This document shows positions 37,705-47,944 of a DNA stretch of 64,000 nucleotides, piece after piece. The DNA is taken from contig OZ254086.1 of assembly GCA_965267575.1 (NCBI GenBank), positions 4,668,521 through 4,732,520 on the forward strand, written 5' to 3'. The position numbers were made by a program, and so were the translations under genes. The notes beneath the pieces were generated by a model that made no database searches, had not been told where the DNA came from, and saw only the letters and a list, made by a program, of their open reading frames with translations. The stretch comes from Calditrichales bacterium. GTDB lineage: Bacteria > Calditrichota > Calditrichia > Calditrichales > J004. Numbering within the stretch: position 1 is the stretch's first letter; the number at the start of each line of letters is the position of its first letter.

Positions 37705-40602
37705 TTACTTTAAAAGAATGAGCTTTTTTGCTTTCTTGTAGCCATTATCAGTTGTGATTCTGTACATATAAACACCGGCGGGAAAGCCAACAGCATCCCA
37801 ATGTGTTTCATAGTAACCGGCAACCTGACGCTTATCAACTAATGTTTCCACCTTTTGGCCAAGCAGGTTATAAATGCTCAGCTCCACTTTACTTGCCTTT
37901 GGTAATTGATACTGAATGGTGGTAATAGGATTAAAAGGATTTGGGTAGTTTTGGCCCAGGAAAAATTCTTTTGGAAGTGGTGTTTTCACGCTTGCAATAT
38001 CAGTACCCAGCGGGCTTTCCACGGCACCTATATCGGGATTTGAGTCGGCCGGGAGCGGACGAGGATGTCCTAAATAGCATGTGTTCGGACAATAATACCA
38101 TTTACCTGAAAGTTCAATGGCCTCGATTCCGGCACCAATACAAAGACTTGATTCTGAGAGCTCAAATGAGACGCTGTCTTTAAACATTGGATCCGCATTT
38201 ATATTACCCGCACCTGCATATCCCCCGTGGATGTCGGAATAGCGCGCAAGTACCTTGCCGGCTATCTGAGGATTTGTAGGCGCTTCGTTGCCCCAGATAA
38301 TCGAGTTTATTATAACGGGATCTAAATTTCGATTGTAAATACCACCCCCGTTTGATGAAGCGGTATTATTTACAATCGTAGTATTTATTATTGTGGCATT
38401 ATTTGAGTTAAGTCTGATCTCCTTACTATATGCTAAAGGGTTTTCAGCGGACCGACCAGGATCAATCCCCCTAATATAATGCGTATTCGAAGCTTCATCT
38501 TTATTGTCATGGAACCTCTTTCCATCAATAGCCTGCGACATATAAACGGCAGCACCAGTAGTTGAGCTATTAGCACTAAAAATATTATTTACAATGCTAA
38601 ACGCAGATTGCCAAATACGGATGGCACCACCCTGTGAAAAGCTGCTTTCTGTAGTATTTAGTTTAAATTCGTTTCCATTAAAGTTTCCCAAAGAATTGAA
38701 AAGTTCAACGGCCCCTCCTCTCGCGCGGTCATTCTGAGAGATGGTTTGATTCTTTATAAAATGATTACCTATGACATTTTTATATTCAAAACCACTTGCA
38801 TCTGTGTCATCAATTATGAGTGCTCCGCCTTCTGCATGGGCGTCTCTGCTTTCGGCAATGTTTTCTTCAAAATAGTTATTTGTTATTTCCACGGTGGAAG
38901 TAAGGAAACAGTAAACTCCCCCCGCTAACCCACCTCCGATTTTAGCACCGGAGTAATTATTTTTAAAAATATTATCTTTAATGAGACCGGAAGCTAATTT
39001 TGAGCCGCCGGCCAGATCAGCGGCACCACCACCGGCATAGTTTTCAGCTAATACACTATTATTTTCAAAAACATTTTTTTCTAGTCTCAAAAAAACACCA
39101 TCCCCATTGACTTCCAATCCGCCACCATAACCGTTTTCATTATCTGCAGATACTGTATTCTTGACTATTAAGTTGTTCTCAAGTATTAGAATTCCGTTAT
39201 CTTGCGAAAATACGATACCACCACCCGTAGCATAGGAACCACTGACATGATTCTGAGCAATGGTATTTTTTATGATCTTCGCACCTTTTACTCCGGCACA
39301 AAATATGCCGCCACCCGAACGGAATTCATTATTCCATAACATCAGAGGTGTACCTGATCCGCCGGTAATATTAAAGCCGCACAAAACAGATGTTGTATCT
39401 TCCCCAGACACAAAAAAGACTACAGATCCACTGTCCGGGTTGCTTGGCTGGCTGCCGTCAATAATGGTTTTTGAGATATGGCTGGTATCGCCGTCAAACC
39501 AGTACTGGCTGGCCACCGTTATGGCTTTGCCTTTAAAGTTGATGTTTTCGTAGTAGGTACCTTCATCTACCAGAACCACGTCGCCGCTATCCGCTGCATC
39601 AATCCCTTCCTGAATAGTGGCATATTTTTCCGGGACATTGAGAATTGTTAAAGGCGCCGTCGCAAAACCTAATTTTCCAACCACATCATCAGCACCCCCT
39701 CCGTACCACATGGCAAATTGAAGTTTAATGCTATCCCATAGGACTCGTACGTATCCTGTCCATTGGCTGTCCCAGCTTCCGCTTGATGGCTTAAGAACTG
39801 GGTTACGTTTATATCTTTTCCATGTAACCCCATCTCTCGAAGTAGCATAACCGGTTTGCCAATGCCGTCCTGCATCAACTGTAGAGCCGTTATACCACAT
39901 ATGAAAGGCTGTTCCGTCAAAAAACACATCCGGTGCTCTTACATGGCGGTCCCATTTTCCATAATTGCCTTTAAACACAGGATTACCGTTATATTTTTCC
40001 CAGTTGATCCCATCCACAGACATTGCATATCCGATACGAAGCATAAAGCCATTCCACCCTGCATACCACATATGAAAACTGCTTCCATCAAAATAAACAG
40101 ATGGTTCGAAAACCTCCCTGCCATCCCAACTGCCCACCGGGCCCGTATCCATGACCGGATTATCTTCATGTTTGCTCCAAGTAATGCCATCAGGTGAAGT
40201 CGCATAACCGATCCGAACCTTATTTCTATCTCCTCCGGCATACCACATGTGATAACTGTTATCTATAAATATTACATATGGATTAAAAACAAAAGCATCA
40301 TCCCAGCTCCCGGCGTTGCCAACATCCAGGACTGGATTATCCTGATGCGAAGTCCAGGCGACACCATCAGTGGACGAAAAGTACCCTATTCGCGGAATCG
40401 AACCGTCATATCCGCCTGCCCACATGTGATAAATATTGTCGGAGTACAATACGCAGAATGGATATGCACTAACTTCATTCCAGGTCCCCGGTTCACCCGG
40501 TACTAAAATCGGATTATGCGCTGTATCCTTGGTCCAGTTGACCTGGGCAATAGAAACAGAAAAGGTAAGCATCAATAAAAAAATTGTATAGAGATACTTC
40601 AT
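37705..40602 (-). CDS. Secreted glycosidase-like five-bladed beta-propeller + parallel beta-helix + T9SS-type C-terminal domain
   Basis: Repeated HMWYAG...RIGYATS.DG..W.K...NPV; YATIQEGIDAA..GD.VLV..GTYYENI; GG-rich helix repeats; QNYPNPFNP. Confidence 0.85.
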   Translation of the reverse strand: MKYLYTIFLLMLTFSVSIAQVNWTKDTAHNPILVPGEPGTWNEVSAYPFCVLYSDNIYHMWAGGYDGSIPRIGYFSSTDGVAWTSHQDNPVLDVGNAGSWDDAFVFNPYVIFIDNSYHMWYAGGDRNKVRIGYATSPDGITWSKHEDNPVMDTGPVGSWDGREVFEPSVYFDGSSFHMWYAGWNGFMLRIGYAMSVDGINWEKYNGNPVFKGNYGKWDRHVRAPDVFFDGTAFHMWYNGSTVDAGRHWQTGYATSRDGVTWKRYKRNPVLKPSSGSWDSQWTGYVRVLWDSIKLQFAMWYGGGADDVVGKLGFATAPLTILNVPEKYATIQEGIDAADSGDVVLVDEGTYYENINFKGKAITVASQYWFDGDTSHISKTIIDGSQPSNPDSGSVVFFVSGEDTTSVLCGFNITGGSGTPLMLWNNEFRSGGGIFCAGVKGAKIIKNTIAQNHVSGSYATGGGIVFSQDNGILILENNLIVKNTVSADNENGYGGGLEVNGDGVFLRLEKNVFENNSVLAENYAGGGAADLAGGSKLASGLIKDNIFKNNYSGAKIGGGLAGGVYCFLTSTVEITNNYFEENIAESRDAHAEGGALIIDDTDASGFEYKNVIGNHFIKNQTISQNDRARGGAVELFNSLGNFNGNEFKLNTTESSFSQGGAIRIWQSAFSIVNNIFSANSSTTGAAVYMSQAIDGKRFHDNKDEASNTHYIRGIDPGRSAENPLAYSKEIRLNSNNATIINTTIVNNTASSNGGGIYNRNLDPVIINSIIWGNEAPTNPQIAGKVLARYSDIHGGYAGAGNINADPMFKDSVSFELSESSLCIGAGIEAIELSGKWYYCPNTCYLGHPRPLPADSNPDIGAVESPLGTDIASVKTPLPKEFFLGQNYPNPFNPITTIQYQLPKASKVELSIYNLLGQKVETLVDKRQVAGYYETHWDAVGFPAGVYMYRITTDNGYKKAKKLILLK

Positions 40603-40661
40603 GACATACCTCCATCGATTATTGTTTTCTAAGAAAGGCGGTCAACAGTTTAATACATGCA

Positions 40662-41867
40662 TCACCTTCTTCTTTTGCTTTTTCTTTTAGTCGGGAAAAA
40701 CTTTCTTGCTCCTTCATGGATCCAGTCGGTAAGCTGGCGCGGCTGCAATTCCTTTTCGATCCTCTGTAAAAATGATACCGGGGCACTCTTTAGCTCCCTG
40801 CTTGTTTTACGACGATCCCTAAAAACTGGTATTATAGCCAGAGCGGCTCCCGCCAAAGTTGCACCTATTGGATTTGCTACAACCCCCAATAAGGTCGCGC
40901 CTTGAAGGATAATTGAAGGAACAGCAATTTGCACTCCCAGCACACCGGTAACCGTGTCGATATTGACGCTTCGCAATTTTTCTTTCAGTTCTTGTAATTG
41001 CGGCAGCAATATCTTTTGGTATTCAGCTTCTAACCGCTGTTCGAGTACGTCGCGGTCTCGGATGTCCTGAAGCCAATCACGTAGTGAGACAAAGTCTCTG
41101 ATATAATTTTGAAAGTTAGCACGCTCAATTGGGTAAGCCTCACGAAACTCAAGGATACTATCTATTGAGACACTGTCTAAATCCTTTGGAAGAATAGTCT
41201 TTATCGCCACACAAGCGGCAACACTCTCTGTTTCGCGTGATTCTTGGTAATCCTGCACTATGTTGACGTCACCAAGCAAGGCTTGTGCTAGTCTTTCGAC
41301 CGTCCAGCCCCCTACTGCTAAATGATCGAGTGTCTCATCTGTCAATGGATAGAGTCCATATTCGCCTGCCAGCTCATCTGCAAGTGCTGTCATATATACC
41401 TGAGCAATTCTTGGATGCATTCCAATCCACCTCGGGTCAAATGGATCAGTTTGAGCAATACCTGATTGCTGGAGGATGTTGCGTAAGTCCTCGGTCATCT
41501 TCTCATAAAAAACATAGTTCAACCTTGGATCGGTTCCTGAAAGACCGCCTGCTTTTGGGGGCTGTTGTGCGCGTGGTACCACAGGCCACTGATCAACCTT
41601 ATCAACTCCATACAGTTTACTCAATTTGGCACCATGCTCTTGAGCGAATTCAACGAACGTCTCACCGAATTCTGGCCTCACCCAATTCGGCCTTAGAATC
41701 TCAATGAAGTTGCCCAATTCTTTAACAGTCTCACTATCCTCAGGCATATAATCGTTTGGAACGATACGTCCTATTCGATCCCAATATAAGGCGTTGAGCT
41801 TTAGCCAGCGATCGTCCTTAAAATGGATGAAGGGGTAATACAACGCCGAGTAACTATGAACAGGCAT
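40662..41867 (-). CDS. DUF6236-like protein
   Basis: ALYYPFIHF...WLK..ALYWD.I.RIVP; A.VYMT.LA..LA; start at 41867 from a GAGGAG RBS. Confidence 0.65.
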   Translation of the reverse strand: MPVHSYSALYYPFIHFKDDRWLKLNALYWDRIGRIVPNDYMPEDSETVKELGNFIEILRPNWVRPEFGETFVEFAQEHGAKLSKLYGVDKVDQWPVVPRAQQPPKAGGLSGTDPRLNYVFYEKMTEDLRNILQQSGIAQTDPFDPRWIGMHPRIAQVYMTALADELAGEYGLYPLTDETLDHLAVGGWTVERLAQALLGDVNIVQDYQESRETESVAACVAIKTILPKDLDSVSIDSILEFREAYPIERANFQNYIRDFVSLRDWLQDIRDRDVLEQRLEAEYQKILLPQLQELKEKLRSVNIDTVTGVLGVQIAVPSIILQGATLLGVVANPIGATLAGAALAIIPVFRDRRKTSRELKSAPVSFLQRIEKELQPRQLTDWIHEGARKFFPTKRKSKRRR

Positions 41868-42013
41868 TTGTAGCTCCTCAATAGCGCGTTTGCAAAAAGC
41901 GGCAGAACATGCTGCCGCTGCTGGACTCAAAGACCAGGAATCCTTTTCCCCGGTTTTTTAAATGATCCCCCGTATCATACCTGGTTACTTTGATTCCATT
42001 CGGTTTTTGATAA

Positions 42014-45000
42014 TTAGCTTAGGGCCGGCGGCACGGGGAATAGGCCGTCAATCCTGGTTTGATTTGTTGCCTGCAATCCTCCTATTGCGCTCAAACCATG
42101 ATCAATAAAATTATCCGGGTCAACGGGTGATGTATGGCTGGTATCCTCAATACCAGTACGCTGGGTAAAGTTTCTCTCTGAACCCATGTTCATTAAGTCA
42201 TTCGCAATAGACGGAGAGTTGTGGCCGCTTGGAATAACTGTCCATAACAGACTATGTACAATCTCGTGTGCCAGCGTTTCTCCAAACAACCGGCCAAATA
42301 CTTTTATCGCAAGTTTCAGAAGATCAGGATCTGCAACGTTGGCGGCCATCAGTTCGATGGTAAGTGCCTGCGTTTCCACATCCACGTCGATATTGGTGGC
42401 GCCGGCAGGTATGGGATCATCGTACCCGCCGGGGTAGATATCTATGGTCTCATTGAGTACAGCAGGCCCGCCGGGACCATGTGTTACCCCCAGCAAATTG
42501 GGAGTTGGGGGATCTCCCCTGAAAACGGCCGTTGTAATATTGGCGGCGGGGATATGGGCCGGCACTATTTCGGCAAAAGCACCCAACCGCCACACCGTAC
42601 GAACGTTTGCTTTATTCAACAACAGATCGCAGGTCTCCCGGGCCATATTTATCACTGCATCTTTAACGCTGTCAATTTGATAGCTCTGCAAAATGGGATC
42701 GAACGTGGCCGCGTCTTCATCAATAGTTACAAACTGCGGCACCGAAATATTGACGTGCATATTTTTAACCAAATTCCCGGCGCTGTCATGAACTTCCAGG
42801 GTAAGGCCGGTCTTCCCTGGGATTTTTCCTTTCACCTGCGTTTTAGCGCTGGCCGGGCTGACGATATCGACGGCGGCAGGGTTATCCGCCAGCCACCTGT
42901 AACTGGCCCCGGCAGGAGCATTGCCGATAATGGCTTGCAGCTCAATCACACCGCTGATATCATTAGAAGACGGATTAAAGGCCCTGTTCTCCGCGGACCC
43001 GCTGGCACCGGAGAGGGAAATGGTAACGGCAGCGGCAGCGGCATCGGGCATTTTGGCGTCTATTTCCACCTGTTCGCCGGAGGGTTTATTTACTTTTACC
43101 GCGGCCTTATGATCGCCGGCAGTTTTTGTAAGCTCTTTCACTTCATCGGTGCTGGTGGGCTTGGGCTCTTTTTTCGTAGGTTCACCCACAACGGAACCAA
43201 GTGCCCTCATCCTCAACTCGTTGGCCTGCTCCGCTGAAATCTGCTTTTTGTCTTCGGCGTCCTGGATGGTCTTCATGGTTTTCCCGATATCTTTTTTCAT
43301 CGCCTCCTGCTTCCTCAGGTCTGCCGCCATTCCCGCCAGTTCGGTAACACTCCTGGAGGTGGTTTCAATAGCTTTGGCAGCATTGGCCTGCGTTCCTGCG
43401 AGACCAGTCATATCTTTGAAAACGCCGCTTTGCCCCAACAAATTGAAGGCTGCCGTCAAACCCGTCGGATCGGGCGCGGCAGGAGCCGTTTGCATATTGA
43501 TGATACTGGAAGGCAGATCCTTAACCTGCAAATCACCCACATCCGATTGACGGCTTTCTGTAGAAACCGGCTGAATCGAAGTAGCCTGCGTGCCACAGGG
43601 GACCTCGGTAAATCTCCAATGGCGGGTCTCATCGATTTCCTCGCAGCTGTTGCATTTGCCCATCACAGATTCCGCATAGACACCCTTGGTGGGAACACTA
43701 ATGCGGAATGGATCGGGCGCTGTTGTTGGCTGGTAGTAAGCGAGAAGATCGAGAACATCCTTAAATACAGGATCCAGGCGTTCACCCGGCACCACTTTAA
43801 GAACCAGGTTATTACCCACCACTCCCATGATCTTGTTCTCAACCACACTGGCCACGCTCCTGCCACCGGAGTTAGGCGCGATGTATCCGTCCAGCAGCCC
43901 GAACAACCGGCTGGCATCCATGCCTGACCAGATCGCCTTATGGGCCAGTTCCATGTGTTCATTAAGGAAGCTCACCAGGGCCGTAGCTGCTTCTCTGTCT
44001 TCTTTCCGTGGATTTCGCAGCTCCTGCGCCGACATTGGTGTGTACATCAACGCGGCATCTGTTTTTACAATTATCTGGATTACAGGGAAATTGACCTGGA
44101 CTTCCACGGAGTTAATGATGTCGTTATTGACGCGACTGTTGCGGATAATAGCTTCGTTTAAATGCGCTGTCCTGTAATAGAGGTAAACCGAGCGCAAAAT
44201 GATTTTTGATTCCGGCTTAACGGATGTTGCTGCACGGAAGCGCAGGTGGCGGATTTGCCTGCGGGTAACGGCGGGTATCGTCCTGCTGGCAATACTTACC
44301 TGCAACGGGGCGTTGCGCCGGTAATTGGAAAGCAGGGTTAAATCGAGATCCAGTTGCACTTCGCTGCCATCTTCGGCGATGCCATATATTTCGAGGGTAT
44401 CGATAAAAGATCTTACAATTTGGGGAACATATTCCGCTTCGAACAGAGCATCCTTTTCGGCCTCGGTCAACGGCCGTTCCAGCGAAAACTTCATTGCGCC
44501 ATAAAACCAGGGGAAGCTTTGACTAAGATCGATGGTCTCTGTCTTGGTTGCTTCGTCGATGGCGCTGATATAGGGCCGTTTCAGGTCAAACGTAATCGTA
44601 AAATTGCCGTGGAAGTCTTCAATAGTTTCATCGGCATAGCTGCCATCGGGGAAATCCGAGTCAGCATAATTATTTGTAATACGTTCAATGGCATCAAAGC
44701 CTCGTGTTAATAGCGGGCCAAATACAACACGGCGCAGGGTATTTTTCCAGCGCAAGACTTTTGCGTAATCAAAATGGCTCATCGGCAGGGGAACAAACAA
44801 ACACTCCTGGCAGTCCACCAGTTTTTGTTCAATGGCGTAATGTTTTAATACTTCGAAGTATTCTATGGTTATGGCGTGGCAATGGTTATTGTTCTTAACC
44901 ACTTCCGTCTGCACGGTCATCGTTTCGTTTTGGCCAACGGTTTGGATCGCCGTGCTGCGCTGGGTCCGTAAAGATGACGCCGATTGTGAGATATTATCCT

Positions 45001-47464
45001 GCAGGCGGTTAAGCGTACTACCACTAAGATTGCGAGCCGCATTTTGATTGGCTGTGGAACGGGACGAGGCGCCGGAGTGTGAAACCCCTCCGAAAAGCCC
45101 ACCAATAGCCCCAAAAATTCCGCCGCCAATTCCGGCACTGGTTCCGCTGGTTTTGTTGGTGGAACTGGCACTGATATTTTCCCGGAATGATGATTTGATG
45201 ATTTCGCTGATATCACGGTCCCTGGAGATATCGGCAGCGAGGGATTCTGCTACGGTTTGTGCTTCCGTACGCGCGGCCCGCTCCTCACGGTCCCAATCAA
45301 TAATGGCAATCTGTTTTTCCTGGCACGGGGCCAACGGCAGGCTGTACAGCAGGTCGCCCAAAGAATAGCCATCGGCTTTCCAAACCTGTTTAAAATGCAG
45401 GATGTGTCCGTGCGCTATGGTTGTGTTTTCATAAATGGTTGGCGTTTCATCCCAATCGACGCCGCTCTCGACGGTTAAATCTCTGCGCCCGGGGTGGTTG
45501 GAGATATAGGCCCTTTCAATATCTTCTATTTTACGGATTGCCAAATAGATTTGCCGTTTAAGCGTGGTAAGCGAGCTCCGCACCTGGTTATAGTGGCGCA
45601 CAAAATAATCATCTTCCAGCGAAACAAGCAGATTGGAGCCGGAAGTATAAAAGCTGTGAAACTGCTCCAGTAAGCTTAAAAAGGAAGAAATGCTGGTCAC
45701 ATACACATCGTAGTTGGCCCGGATCATCAAAATTTCTCCGAGCGTGAATACGGCCTTGTTGCGCAGCAACGCCCTGGTTTTATCAAATTCCTGGATCAGG
45801 CAAAGGATACCCATTGTATCCACCTTTTTGGGCGGTGGACACGGTTCAAAGGTATACGCCGCATTTGCCGCATCTTCCAACTCCACCACCAGGCGGCGCA
45901 GATAGCCAAGCAGCTCTTCCTGGTCTTGTGTTTCGTCGGTGTTTAAATCTATCTCCTGAATCAGTTTTTGGGCCCGGGTTTTCATAACATTTATCAGGCC
46001 GGCATCCACAAAAGGCTGATCTATCATCTTATCCATATCTGCCAGGTACGCTTTGAACAGCTTTGCCAGTTTGGGATTTGAGGCCACAAATGCTTCATAT
46101 TTTTTGATATGACCAAGCAGTGAGTTCAGCGCCTGCCGGTTTAGAGCGTCTTCCAAAACAAGCGATTCACAATAACTGTTGGAATCCTGCAGGCCGGTTT
46201 TGCCGCAGTAGGCCGCCGCCAGTTTACGGTGCAGTTCCTGCAATTTTGCTTTGCGCTTTTGCTGTTCCGCCAGCATGGTAACAACGCTGCCAAAATCAAT
46301 GCCCTTTTTCTCAAGGGCCAGGTCGCGTGTGCTAAGTTTAAGCTGGGTAGTGCCGGAAGCCACTTTGAGGAAATAGACCGGCGACATATAAACCGGGTTG
46401 GTCGCAAAATCCCGCTCACTTACGGCCTCTTTCGCGGGCATTTCTTTTATATATTCAGCGGTCTTTTCATCGTCTACCGTATAGGCCACAACCTCCAGCG
46501 TATTGAGAGAATCTTTCAGGCGTCCAAACACGGAAAAAAGGTTATCGGAAATGTCCAGCAATTCTCCCTTGATGTTTTTGGTTTCCGCGGCGGTGATTGT
46601 AAGCCCTTTTATCTCGGGCTCCGTTGTACGGACGGTGTGGTAAAAGCTGTACTCTTCCAACGTCCTGTTCGGGATTGTAAAATCAACGCACTTACCACCG
46701 ATATCCTGCGAATAGGAGGGATTGCGAACAAGCTCGGTGCCGTCGGGCAGGTTGGCGACACCCGTGGGCATTGTCATTTCTTCCGGCAGCTCGGACAGGT
46801 CGGCCACAAGCAGCAGTTCTGCGGGTACTTTTTTATCTTCCAGGCCAATCATAATAACTTGCTCTTCCAAACCTGCCACCAGGGCGTAGGCTTTTTTATA
46901 CGTCTTGTTCATTAGCCGCCCGAAAAAATGACCAGCGGCATCTGTCCGGGCGCTAAAAACAGCGTGAAAACTCTCACTGCCCGGATCGGCATTGGCGTCA
47001 TCGCCGGCCATTATTACAAGTTGCACACCCGCCGCGTTTTGTTCACCCGAAATATCAACAAGCCTGCCGGATATTTTGTAAAAGCTCTCTTCGATGGGGT
47101 TGGTATCGTTGAATTCAATAATCTTGGGGTCCACCTCAATTTCGAGGGGCTGCGTATCGTCGGGCTCATTCTCTTCAATTTCGGCGGCATGCAAACTACC
47201 GTAACTGTAAATCTGCGATCCCAGTAATTCACCGTCCGGCGCGTAAACAAAAATCGTGACGGATTGCCCGCTCAGGAAGTTTGCCGAGGGTATAAAGAAG
47301 CGAAACATACCGTTTTCCGCCACGTTCACGCGGTCTTTGGAGTATACCGCGTTGCCGCCAATTTCCTGTATATAGCTTACTTTGAGAAAATGGCCCAGAT
47401 ATTCATCGGTCACGGCCGAATTATCTGTGGGTTTTAAGAGCCCGTTTACACTAACACGATCCAT
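42014..47464 (-). CDS. 1816-aa toxin-like protein: conserved core, Ser/Gly-rich segment, Ig-like domain and C-terminal HExxH metallopeptidase domain
   Basis: GGAGG RBS; LYSLPLAP, NNNHCH, PTKGVYAESVMGKCNSCE, PAAPDPTG; TLAHEIVHSL...GH...DLM; no signal peptide. Confidence 0.75.
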   Translation of the reverse strand: MDRVSVNGLLKPTDNSAVTDEYLGHFLKVSYIQEIGGNAVYSKDRVNVAENGMFRFFIPSANFLSGQSVTIFVYAPDGELLGSQIYSYGSLHAAEIEENEPDDTQPLEIEVDPKIIEFNDTNPIEESFYKISGRLVDISGEQNAAGVQLVIMAGDDANADPGSESFHAVFSARTDAAGHFFGRLMNKTYKKAYALVAGLEEQVIMIGLEDKKVPAELLLVADLSELPEEMTMPTGVANLPDGTELVRNPSYSQDIGGKCVDFTIPNRTLEEYSFYHTVRTTEPEIKGLTITAAETKNIKGELLDISDNLFSVFGRLKDSLNTLEVVAYTVDDEKTAEYIKEMPAKEAVSERDFATNPVYMSPVYFLKVASGTTQLKLSTRDLALEKKGIDFGSVVTMLAEQQKRKAKLQELHRKLAAAYCGKTGLQDSNSYCESLVLEDALNRQALNSLLGHIKKYEAFVASNPKLAKLFKAYLADMDKMIDQPFVDAGLINVMKTRAQKLIQEIDLNTDETQDQEELLGYLRRLVVELEDAANAAYTFEPCPPPKKVDTMGILCLIQEFDKTRALLRNKAVFTLGEILMIRANYDVYVTSISSFLSLLEQFHSFYTSGSNLLVSLEDDYFVRHYNQVRSSLTTLKRQIYLAIRKIEDIERAYISNHPGRRDLTVESGVDWDETPTIYENTTIAHGHILHFKQVWKADGYSLGDLLYSLPLAPCQEKQIAIIDWDREERAARTEAQTVAESLAADISRDRDISEIIKSSFRENISASSTNKTSGTSAGIGGGIFGAIGGLFGGVSHSGASSRSTANQNAARNLSGSTLNRLQDNISQSASSLRTQRSTAIQTVGQNETMTVQTEVVKNNNHCHAITIEYFEVLKHYAIEQKLVDCQECLFVPLPMSHFDYAKVLRWKNTLRRVVFGPLLTRGFDAIERITNNYADSDFPDGSYADETIEDFHGNFTITFDLKRPYISAIDEATKTETIDLSQSFPWFYGAMKFSLERPLTEAEKDALFEAEYVPQIVRSFIDTLEIYGIAEDGSEVQLDLDLTLLSNYRRNAPLQVSIASRTIPAVTRRQIRHLRFRAATSVKPESKIILRSVYLYYRTAHLNEAIIRNSRVNNDIINSVEVQVNFPVIQIIVKTDAALMYTPMSAQELRNPRKEDREAATALVSFLNEHMELAHKAIWSGMDASRLFGLLDGYIAPNSGGRSVASVVENKIMGVVGNNLVLKVVPGERLDPVFKDVLDLLAYYQPTTAPDPFRISVPTKGVYAESVMGKCNSCEEIDETRHWRFTEVPCGTQATSIQPVSTESRQSDVGDLQVKDLPSSIINMQTAPAAPDPTGLTAAFNLLGQSGVFKDMTGLAGTQANAAKAIETTSRSVTELAGMAADLRKQEAMKKDIGKTMKTIQDAEDKKQISAEQANELRMRALGSVVGEPTKKEPKPTSTDEVKELTKTAGDHKAAVKVNKPSGEQVEIDAKMPDAAAAAVTISLSGASGSAENRAFNPSSNDISGVIELQAIIGNAPAGASYRWLADNPAAVDIVSPASAKTQVKGKIPGKTGLTLEVHDSAGNLVKNMHVNISVPQFVTIDEDAATFDPILQSYQIDSVKDAVINMARETCDLLLNKANVRTVWRLGAFAEIVPAHIPAANITTAVFRGDPPTPNLLGVTHGPGGPAVLNETIDIYPGGYDDPIPAGATNIDVDVETQALTIELMAANVADPDLLKLAIKVFGRLFGETLAHEIVHSLLWTVIPSGHNSPSIANDLMNMGSERNFTQRTGIEDTSHTSPVDPDNFIDHGLSAIGGLQATNQTRIDGLFPVPPALS

Positions 47465-47500
47465 TTAAACACCTCCGTTTTATGGGCCACAAAGCAATCC

Positions 47501-47728
47501 TTAATGTGAATCATCTGCCCGCCCGTAATAGAGTCCTTTGCGGCTGTCAAAATTGATTGCGTTTTTTGCGAGGAGATAGTGAAGCGCCTTTAATACGACT
47601 TTTTTTTCTCTTTGAAGCCACCATTTTGCCACGCCGTCGAGATTGTCTTTGGCCTGAGGGTTGGTTTTTAGGTATTCCAGTACAGCCCGGGCAGCGGACA
47701 AAACATCTGCATCTTCTGACTTTGACAC
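47501..47728 (-). CDS. Small winged-helix-like protein
   Basis: YLKTNPQAKDNLDGVAKWWL...V..AL..L. Confidence 0.7.
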   Translation of the reverse strand: MSKSEDADVLSAARAVLEYLKTNPQAKDNLDGVAKWWLQREKKVVLKALHYLLAKNAINFDSRKGLYYGRADDSH

Positions 47729-47828
47729 GTACCTATTTCCACGTTGTTTTAGTGCTACGACTCAAAAACCGTACCAGATAGACCCTGCTTACCGCACAGT
47801 TATAAGGAAAGGTAAAAAGTGCCGCCAA

Positions 47829-47845
47829 TACAGGCTTTATGCCAA
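47829..47845 (-). promoter_or_regulatory. Candidate sigma54 -24/-12 promoter
   Basis: TTGGCATAAAGCCTGTA versus consensus TGGCAC-N5-TTGCW (GT instead of GC at -12). Confidence 0.5.
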
Positions 47846-47905
47846 CAGGCCCAAAGCGCATAGAGCGAATTCAGGAATGGTTTAAGGGAAAGAAAGAGGC
47901 GCATA

Positions 47906-47944
47906 CACCCCGCCCTGGGGTGCTAACGCCCCATTTTGGGGGCG
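47906..47944. promoter_or_regulatory. Two palindromes, candidate upstream activator sites
   Basis: cacccc-gccct-ggggtg and cgcccc-attttg-ggggcg, 60-100 bp upstream of the candidate promoter. Confidence 0.4.

Noticed and set aside
41885..41935. attC-like site upstream of the DUF6236-like gene
   Set aside because: Only a short gcggcag/ctgccgc hairpin; R and L boxes are not recognisable
42254..43237. Long antisense ORFs (this one, 35288-36040, 14401-15114, 13546-14214 and similar)
   Set aside because: Shadow frames opposite well-supported genes, with no recognisable motifs
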